The notes below the pieces were generated by a model that saw only the letters and a program-made list of their open reading frames with translations, searched no databases and was not told the origin of the DNA. From contig NC_133617.1 in NCBI RefSeq assembly GCF_048593235.1, positions 748,196,958 to 748,260,957 on the forward strand: a DNA stretch of 64,000 nucleotides. Direction: 5' to 3'. Positions 12,051-20,950 of this stretch are shown in pieces. The number at the start of each line of letters is the position of its first letter. The first letter of the stretch is position 1. The stretch is from Sminthopsis crassicaudata (lineage: Eukaryota). The position numbers and the translations under genes are program-made.

Positions 12051-15000
12051 AGCTGGGCTGGCAAGAGAAGCCCTGCGGATCCTGCCTGGGGCCTGATAGA
12101 TGGGAGGCCGGTCTCCCCTGCAGAGGCCCCCCTTGGAGGCCAGAGCTTGGGGTGCCCTCGCTTTCTCGGGCAGCCCCCCGCTTCCCTGGGTCTGAATGGG
12201 GCTGGTAGAAGTTTGACAGAGAAAGAACTGCAGAGATTCCAGGGGTAGAACGGAGGGCCTGGGAGTGAGTAAGAGATGGGGAGGGGTCCGGAGGTGGCTG
12301 TCTGCAGCAGGGATGGAGAAGTCCCGAGGAGGACCAGACACTTGGTCCTGAATGCACTTTGGTGTCCCCTTGTGGCCTGACTTCCGTCTTGGTCGGCCTT
12401 GATTTGCCCATTAATGGTCCACACGTTGCCTTGGAAGATCTACTTCCCATCTCTGATAGGGAAGGGGAAAGGAAGCTGTGAGCGGGGCCTGGAGGCTCTC
12501 TCTGGGGAAGCCTGAGCTGTGGCCTTGTTCAGGGAGAGGAGCAGTTAAGAGGCCCTTGTCCTACAAACAGATCGTGGGGTGGGAGAGGGTGTGACCCCCG
12601 AGCCATGGCCGGAGGCTCAGACTAGTCAGTGAGAGGTCCGGCTCCCAATTCCACACCATAGGAGTGGTGCAGGTGGAGGCTGGCCTCCAGCAATTGGGCC
12701 AGGAATGGCTGGGCAGCCTTGTAGCATCCCCAGCATCCAGATTCCTGGTCACTGAGCCCTGTAGGGAGTGCAACAGGCTATACACAGGAATAGACACTTG
12801 GATTGCCACAAGTCCAGCACACACCCGAGAAGAATCCCACCTCGGGGGACCCCGGGAATGGCCATCTATCTCCTGAAGAGCTCTGAGGAGGGGGGCCCCA
12901 TTGCCACTCAGCTCTTTTTGGGGACAGTGGTTTTCCTGAAATAGAACCTAACTGGCTTCTCTTCACCTCCCTTCCTTCTCTTGTGCCTATTCTGGCTCTG
13001 GGGCCAAGCCCATCAAGGCAGACCAGCAGCCCCTCTCACACTTGATGAGAGATCAGCAGAGCCTTCCCCATCTTCCCGCTTCCAGGACCGTTACCCCAGT
13101 TTTCTTCACCTGGTGCTCCCAAGGCATCAACTCTGGGCTCTTAAGTGGGTCTGTTTGTTTTTCTGGTATTTTTCTCAAATATTGGGGTCATGTCTGCTTC
13201 TTCAGACTCTGCTTTCGAATAATAAATGCTCTAAAATATTGTTGAATCTGAATAACCAGTTGTTTTGACTGAATTCCACCTTGAGGGTCACTTTAGATTA
13301 TAAATTTAGAGTTAGGACTGTTAAATTACTCTTTCCCCCAATTTAAATCTGTTAGATAATCCTTTTTTCCCCCACTTCTTTAGAAGAAAAAGGAAAGGAG
13401 AAAAAAGAAAGACCTCAGCCATAGGCATCTAGTTCATATTATTTAGAACAACAACTGGAAACCCAGTCTGTCCCCTCTGCAGACTTCTGGGTTGAACTCC
13501 CTGGGTTCCCCCTTTTCTTTGTTGATGGCCTTTCCCAAAGCTAATTTGTTTTGGCTTGAGAGTCTCTCCCTTCCTCCACTTGCATCCCCTGCACAGGATG
13601 ATTAATATGGGCCTTACCCAATCCAGACAAGTTTAAGGGAGATTCCAATATCTCTGTCCTCCACCACCCCCTCCATGTTTAAAAATTGCTTTCCCACGGA
13701 GCCCCACAGGCATTTGTTTTTGGAGCCTTCAGGTCTCTCTTTGTTTTGAGACTCCATGGAGATTGAAGATTCTTCTCTCTTTAGATATAAACACTTTTCA
13801 GGTTTCAAATTCTACTGTTTCTTTTGTCTGTTGTGTTTGCCTTTGAAAGACTGCTCTTGGGAGCAGCTAGGGGGCGCAGTGGATAGAGCACTAGCCTTGA
13901 ATTCAGGAGGACCGGAGTTCAAATCTGGTCTCAGACACTTAACACTTCCTGGCTGTGTGACCCTGGGCAAGTCACTTAACCCCAGCGGAGGGGGGAGGGG
14001 GGGAGACTGCTCTTGCTTTCTTGAAAACAATGGTTGGAAATCCTTGATTCTATTATGTCCTTTTTGTGCCCCTACAAGGTCAGGTTAGGTTTCTTGATTA
14101 CCTTGGGCCCATTTAGCACAGTGTCTCTGTCCAGCTGTTTGCCTGGGGCGCTGTCCCTTAACTGGCCTCAGGGACTCTTAGCCAAATGGGAATGACATCA
14201 GTCAGACACTGGGATACCCTAGGGCATGGCCAGGTGCCAGCCTAACTCAGGTGTCCAGGGAAGAGGCAAGGAGGGGACAGCAAGGCTGATGGATAACCTG
14301 AGGTTAGTCACTCCAGAGGAGGGAGCCAAGCCAACCCTGGAAGACTCAAGGCTCCCTTCCCTGGAGTCTTGAGTAGAGGAGTGGCAAGAACTGGAGGTTT
14401 TAGGGCCTTGGGGAGAGTTCAGGCCAGAACCCAGAGTTTGTGAGAGCCCAAGCCTGGACTCTAGGGCTCATACAGAGGTGAGGTTCTGTGGACCTGTAGC
14501 CAGGGAGAGCCCAGGGCAGTTCTCCAGGTACGGGCCAACTGGAGGGAACTACTGAGATCGTGGCTATTCCTTTAAGGCTGAAAGGAGGAGTTGGATGGCA
14601 TCTGATATTCTCCTTGTTCTGGAGGTAGGTGGGCCTGTGTGCTGGGAGGGGCCCTCTGGGGTCTGTGTCTCTGAGGTGGAAGCAAAGACAGGTGTCAAAC
14701 CTGTTTATTCTCCCTCACAGCCCTTGGTTGTCTGAGGTGTTGGGTGGCTGTGTGTGTCTGTGTGTGTGTGTCTTTGTGCAGGGAGATCAGCCTCTGGAGC
14801 AAAGGTCTGGGTCGTGGATGAGATCATCACCTTCCACCTGAGACTGGGACTTGGTATTTGGGTCTTTTAGACAGAATGTACCCTTGGAAACTTAAATCTA
14901 GACTTGGTGACTAATGCGGTGTTTATTTTGACATTTCAGTGTAATACCTGTTATAAATCATCATTTCTCAGTGAGGATGTTGCTGATTTCACTTGTTTGT

Positions 15001-17160
15001 CCATCATTGTTTACAGGACAAGTTTTAGACAGCCGGAATCGGTCACTATGGAGTTTATCATTCATAACAGATCTCTTTTGGGGAATCGCTGACTTTGTGA
15101 TTATGTTGTGAGTATCGCTTCAAATCTCTCTTAACTTAGCTCCTCTATGTGTTGAATCTGTGACCTTGTCAATCTTCGAAGTTCTTCAATTCCTACAGTG
15201 TTCAGAAAGCGTGTTCTTCCCCTCCCCTCTTCTCCCTAGCAGCTTCACAAGTCCTCCACAATGGCAGCCTAATTGTGTCTCCATTTTAAGGGTAAAATTT
15301 GGTGGGGTTCTGTCCAGAAGTTACATGGATGTGCCCACAGTGACAGAGCTAGTCAGAAGTAGAGTTAAATAATAGTGATCTATCCACTGAGTAGCACTGC
15401 CTCAAAGAGTAAAAATGGGACAATGCATTGGGAATAGGATCTGCCAAAAAGTCAGTTTTTCCTTTCTAAGTAATTTTTTGATCTGTTTCATTTCTGCTTT
15501 ATCATGAACTGTTGGTAATTTGGGGCCATCTTTTTGAGTCATTCTAAAGTCGCTGATGAGCATCAAGCACAGTCCATGGATAGTGGGATTCCTGACCCGT
15601 GTTGTTGACGCTCATTGACATTGTGGCCATCCGGACTCGTTTTACCCTATACCAACACTTATAGATATTCAACCAGCGTTTCTTCTGTGCCTGTAAATAT
15701 GTTCCATGCGGGGAGAGATTTTTTTTTTTTTAAAGGAAAATAAGAGATTATCCTTGGCCTTCAAAACTGTGTAGCTCCCTGAGGTTTCCCTCCAAAGAAA
15801 GCTCCATTTTGGTTAGAATAACTGACTCCTTATCTGAAGGTTTTAGAGGCCTTGCACATGCCTGAAGTGTGAGTGTGCAGAGGCCTGAAGAGTGTGAGCT
15901 CTTAAATTTCTCATTTTGAAAGACAAATCCCCCCTTGGGATTTTTGGGCTGTTTTTAGTTCAGGGAGCCTTCAAAGGAATCTATATTCACATTCACCATA
16001 ACATAGTCCAGCCCACTGGAAATTAATTTTAAGCTAATTAGTTAATTCCTAACAAGCCTTAATATTATATGCTTTTTCTTCCACATAAGAACATTCAAAA
16101 GTATGACTGAAACTGGTGCCTGGTTTAAAAGTTTATTTTCTGCTTTCTTGTTTCCTCTCCTTTTTCAGTTTCAAAAGCCTGCTTCAGCAAGATGTAAAAA
16201 GAAGAGGCTATGTGGGTACATCTGATTCCCGGTACGATGATGGAAGAGGGTACGTTGCTCTTTAAAATTTCTAGATTGAGAACTGACTGGATTCGCAGGC
16301 TTAAGCCCCTGAGTTCAGATCCCAACTGTGCCCAGGACTTAATGACCAGGCTTTAGTTTCCCTCCCTTGTAAGATAGGGGCCAGGCGAAGATGGTCTCCG
16401 GGGCCTTTCCAGCTTTCGATCTACAGTTTTTCAGTCATGCCTGACTCTCTGTGACCCCATCTGGGATTTTCATGTCAGAGATGCTGAAGTGTTTGCTGTT
16501 TCCTTCTAGCTCATTTTGCAGATGAGGAAACTGAGGCAGGCAGGGTTAGGTGACTTACTTAGGTAACTTACCCAGGGTCGTACAACTGGCAAGTTTCTGA
16601 GGCCAGATTTATACTCATGGAGTTGAGTGTTCCTGACTTCCAATGGCACCCTTGCAGCCTACTTGTTTGCAAGCCCCTCTCACTTCCCCAAGGGAGCTCC
16701 CTGGCTGCTGTCCTCGGTGTGAAAGCAGTAACAGGGAGCCCTTGGAGACTTCTTGTGGGAGCTGCTTCACCACGGCAAAGGGCACAGACACACCCGGGCT
16801 GATTTTCTTTTCCTTCCCATAGGCCTCCGGGAAATCCTCGCCGCAGAATGGGCCGGATAAATCACATGAAAGGCCCTAGTCCTCCTCCTATGGCCGGTGG
16901 ATGAGGAAGGTAATTGGCAATCTTTTTCTCCTGGTATTTTTTAAACATCTGTGTTTCTAAAGCAATTCCTAATTTAACTAGGAAGAATGTGTTAAATAAT
17001 AAACTTTCACCAAGCTCCATTTGGTTTTTGTTTAAATCGACAGGTTGCCAAAATGCTCTTATTTAGTTCATATGCTGGCTTTATTGCTTCAAATAGCTGC
17101 TTGGACGTGAAGCGTTCTCGGTGTTCCACTAACAATTCGTTCTTTTCCTCTTCTAGGTAA
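10663..17160 (+). CDS. SELENOK: Selenoprotein K, 93 aa, Sec at residue 91
   Basis: Coding exons 10663-10681, 15017-15107, 16169-16249, 16823-16909, 17157-17160 (282 nt, all GT-AG). Translation MVYISNGQVLDSRNRSLWSLSFITDLFWGIADFVIMFFKSLLQQDVKRRGYVGTSDSRYDDGRGPPGNPRRRMGRINHMKGPSPPPMAGGUGR closely matches mammalian SELENOK. TGA(Sec) 16902-16904, TAA 17158-17160. Confidence 0.97.
13860..14003 (+). mobile_element. WSINE1-type SINE in SELENOK intron 1
   Basis: gagcagctagggggcgcagtggatagagcac...ggagttcaaatctggtctcagacacttaacac...gggcaagtcacttaacccc; 12-bp TSD agactgctcttg at 13848-13859 and 14004-14015. Confidence 0.9.
16425..16660 (-). mobile_element. MAR1-type CORE-SINE in SELENOK intron 3
   Basis: gtcatgcctgactctctgtgaccccat...tccttctagctcattttgcagatgaggaaactgaggc...gttcctgacttcca: reverse-strand core plus RTE-like tail. 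Confidence 0.7.
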
Positions 17161-17284
17161 ACGCCTGCTCTTGAGAAGCAGGTAAGAAGACACAGCCTCC
17201 CTTGGACAAAAGGGAAAAAGTATCAAGTGTTGACCTTGGAGCAATGGAGGAGCTCTGTGTCTGAAGGAAGATTGATTGCTCTGT

Positions 17285-17362
17285 GTCTACACAGATTAAT
17301 GATGTTGTGCTGGGAACTCCCCCCCTGAGGGGATCCAGTGTAACTGATTGCAACTGTATAAA
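17285..17362 (+). promoter_or_regulatory. SECIS element (type II) in the SELENOK 3'UTR
   Basis: ATGA 17299-17302 and TGAT 17345-17348 form the core. Helix GTTGTGCTGG (17304-17313) pairs with CCAGTGTAAC (17335-17344). Unpaired AA at 17315-17316. Mini-stem TCCCC/GGGGA with loop CCCTGA. Confidence 0.93.
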
Positions 17363-17622
17363 TGCACATGTTCACTATCTCTCATTTTGTATAGTTTGTG
17401 AAAAGCCTAATGTGGTCCTAATAGTAAATATTTTCCGCTTGCAAACTATTGACTTTATTCAGCCTTGTTTGATAATGTATCAGTCCCCTGAGTTTGAGGG
17501 GCGGCAAACCATCACTACAAAGACATTAAGTTTATTTTTAAAGTTCAGGAAAGCTTTAATTGTATTGTGGATGGTCATTTTTCTTTTTCTTAAATATGTT
17601 CCATTGTTTGCTTTAGTTTATA

Positions 17623-17628
17623 AATAAA
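17623..17628 (+). terminator. Probable SELENOK poly(A) signal
   Basis: AATAAA downstream of the SECIS, followed by T-rich sequence. Further AATAAA at 18094 and 18120 may be distal sites. Confidence 0.6.
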
Positions 17629-19569
17629 TCACATGGCACTTTTCAGTTTCCTAGGTAATAGTCCATCATCTACTTTGCCTTCATTTATAAAGAAATCATT
17701 CTGCTTCCTTCTGCATTTTCCATTCTAAGATCTGCATGAGTCATGCATCTTTTTGAGCCTCAAACATGTCCATCTTTTTATAAAGAACACGGCCTAGTGA
17801 GTACCTTAAAGAGTCTGTGTTTGTGTCACAGATCTCCAAGCTACTGAGGCGTCTTGTACCTTAGATCCTGTATCCAAGTTGAAGCCTAACAAAATTAGAG
17901 GCTAAATGTAATCTTTATATTTTGAATAATGAAGCATTGTTGGTGAGTGAGATTCTATTTTTTTATTTTCAACAACAAATTGAAATCTAATTTTGATGTA
18001 CTTGGAAATCCAAGAACAAAAGCAATTTAAATTTGTTTTTTGGTTGGTTTTTTATTGCTTGGGTGCTTGTTGATTGCAATGAGAAGTACTCCGAATAAAG
18101 ACGGACAGATGCTGCATGGAATAAAACAAGCCTGGGCTTCTGGTTGTATTGACCCATGGGAGACTGAGACAGACACCGGGGAGTTAACCTGCAGCCCAGA
18201 ATTTCTCTGCCTTATCACTGCTTCCTTAGGCAGGAAGCGTGTTCTTCAGAGGAAGGGACTCTGTTGGTTGCCTCCACTTCCCCTGATCTCTAGCTGGCCA
18301 ACATTCGAGGCATCCTGTGTCCCACTCATCTCCTGGCCGCTCACTCAAGCTGTGGCCTCCAAGCTCAGGCCCCACTCAGGCCTTGCTCCTCGCCTCTCCC
18401 GGAATTGCTGCAAAAGCCTCCTAATTCAGGGGTTCTGGTTTTTCACAAGATTTTTTGATAACTGGTCTCCTTTGTAACCCTGGGATTGAAGTGTTTAGAA
18501 GCAGTCCTTCTGGGAAGGGATGCATGGCACCAAAAAGGATTGGCTCCTAATTGGCTCCAGACTGGCAGGTTTTCTCTCTGTCCCCATCCCGGCCTTGTTG
18601 GGACGACCCATGGAAGGGCCCCAGGCCTGAAGCTTCTGTCATTCCCCATCTCCTGTTAGATCCATAACATGCTGTTCCCTTTCACTGGGGTAGCCTGGGC
18701 ACCCCCCCCCCTCCAGGCTCTGCCCCAGAGCTCAGGTGCCTTTGCCCTGGCCCTGCAGGCTGCTGCTCCTCTTCCCCTTCTTCCTCACTTCTCCCTTTGG
18801 CCTGTTGGGGCCCCTCCTCCCCCTGAGGAGTCCCAGGTCCAGCCCCCACCCTGACATCCTCTGCTTTCCACTTGTAATCCCTCTCAGAGGGAAGTTGGGA
18901 GAGGGAAGGAATCTGCCTGTAACCGCTGACACCCTGAAGGCAATTAATGCCTGTTGAGTCGTTTTGCCCAGCTGCCCCTTGGAGGCCTCCGCATGCCCGA
19001 CTCCCCAGCTCCACCCAAGCCTCGGTGACACCCCAGGGACGGCCTTTCGTCCCCTCCCACGCGCACATAAGCAGCCATAAAGAATTGTCCCCAGTCAGGA
19101 CCTGTTTCTGCCCCGCCAGCCCAGCACCCATGGGAGACTTGGGGCTGTTGGGTGCAGCTGGATCTCGAGCCTGTTCTCAGCATTCAGGACCTCCAAGAGG
19201 CAGTGAGAGCAGGCAGCCGTCCTCTCTGACAATGGGGCTGCAGGGCCCCCCAACAATCACCGCCATGTTGCCCCTCCTGTGGGAGGGCACCGGGAACACG
19301 CAGGAAGCCTGCAGGGGGCTGCACAAAGGGGCTCTGAGGACCCAAGGCTTCCTGCCCAGGGAGAAAGCGGCTCCTTCCAGAGCAACTAGGAGAAGGAGGC
19401 CCCGCCCCGCGTGGGGGAGACAAAGGGGCCAAGGAGCCCCAAGCCCGGAGTCTGGCCGGGTCATCTCCGGCTGAAACCGACTCAGCGGGACTTAATGAGC
19501 TTCAAATGTGTCCGGGACATTCCACTTGGAAATGGTCTAAGGTGGGGCTGGTGACCTCGGACCGGAAAT

Positions 19570-20018
19570 GAGAGACGGAGACACCGGGAGGGAGACAGAG
19601 ACAAACAGAGATACAGGGAGACAGACAGAGATAGAGATACTGGGAGACAGAGAAACAGAGACAGAGATACTGGGAGACAGAGACAAACAGAGACAGGGAG
19701 ACAGAGACAAACAGAAATACAGGGAGACAGAGATAAACAGACAGGGAGACAGAGACAAACAGAAATACAGAGAGACAGAGAGATACAGGGAGACAAGACA
19801 AACAGAGAGACAGGGAGACAGACAGAGATACAGGGAGACAGAGACAAACAGAGAGACAGGGAGACAGAGAGACAGAGACAAAGACAAACAGAAATACAGG
19901 GAGACAGAGACAGAGATAGAGATACTGGGAGACAGAGAAACAGAGACAGAGATACTGGGAGACAGAGAGACAGAGATAGAGGGCGACAGAGGCAGAGGGA
20001 GGCGGGGACACAGAGACA
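19570..20018. repeat. Complex GAGACA/GAGATA-based simple repeat
   Basis: About 450 bp of gagacagagacaaacagagatacaggg variants. Confidence 0.9.
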
Positions 20019-20019
20019 C

Positions 20020-20950
20020 GAGCGCCCCACGTGAGGGAAGCGGGGGTCCCGAGGCCGCCCAAACCAAGCGCCCGGGCCGAACTCGGCCGGTTCCGCGCCC
20101 CGAGGGCCGGCCGGAGAGGTGGCCCGGGGCCACGGGAGGAGCCGGGAGGGACGCGGGCCGCCGCCTTCTCCTCCTCGGCCTCTCTGGCAGGCCTGCGGTG
20201 TCCCGTTAGGTCGGAAGCGCCGGGAAGGCAGGCTCGGCTCCCGCCTCGGGTCCCGCCCCAGCGCGGCGCCCAGGCCGCGGTCCCAGACGGGGAAGGAACG
20301 CCCGGACGGACGCCGGGCGCGGGGGGTGCCGGGACCTGCCAGACGGGGCTTCCGCTCTCCAGGAGCGCCCGAAGCCGCCCAAGGTCCCGGGCCCGCGCCG
20401 CGCTCGGCTCTAGGGGAGGAGCTCGGAGAAAGCAGACCCCGCCCCGCCCTCAGCGCGCTTCCCTTTACCTCAGGGAACGGCTCCGCCCGCAGCCTCGCTC
20501 CTCCACCGTCCCACAATGCTCAGCGCCACGCCGCCCCGGAGGCGGCCATCTCGGCTCCTGGAAAAGGGGCGCGGCCACGGGAACAGGAGGCTATCTGCGC
20601 ATGCGCCAGCTTTTGTGCCTCCGCTTGCGTGGGCGGCCGCATTGCCCAGGAACAGCGAGTGCGCCTGCGCCGTGAGTCCGCCCCGCTGCCACCCTGTGCC
20701 CCCTCACGGAGGAGCCGGCGGACTGCCGGGGGGCGGCGGCGACCATGACCCAGGCGGAGAAAGGAGACCCGGAGAACGGGAAGGAAAAGGGCGGCGAGAA
20801 GGAGAAGGAGCAGCGCGGCGTGAAGCGGCCCATCGTGCCCGCGCTCGTGCCCGAGTCCCTGCAAGAGGTGAGGCTGCGAGAGCGCGCCCGGGGCACCGGG
20901 ACCCAGACCGGAGGGGAAACTGAGGCACGGCCCGGCCCTGGGGGGCATGT
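20020..20950 (+). promoter_or_regulatory. ACTR8 CpG-island promoter
   Basis: CpG-dense. NRF1 TGCGCATGCGC 20596-20606, a TGCGCCTGCGC variant near 20660, GC boxes, and Kozak gaccATGa at 20745. Confidence 0.85.

Noticed and set aside
13860-13935. tRNA gene
   Set aside because: The A/B boxes belong to a tRNA-derived SINE head, with no cloverleaf.
19482-20516. 186-344 aa ORFs rich in SLSLC or RDRET
   Set aside because: Translations of the GAGACA repeat and CpG island.
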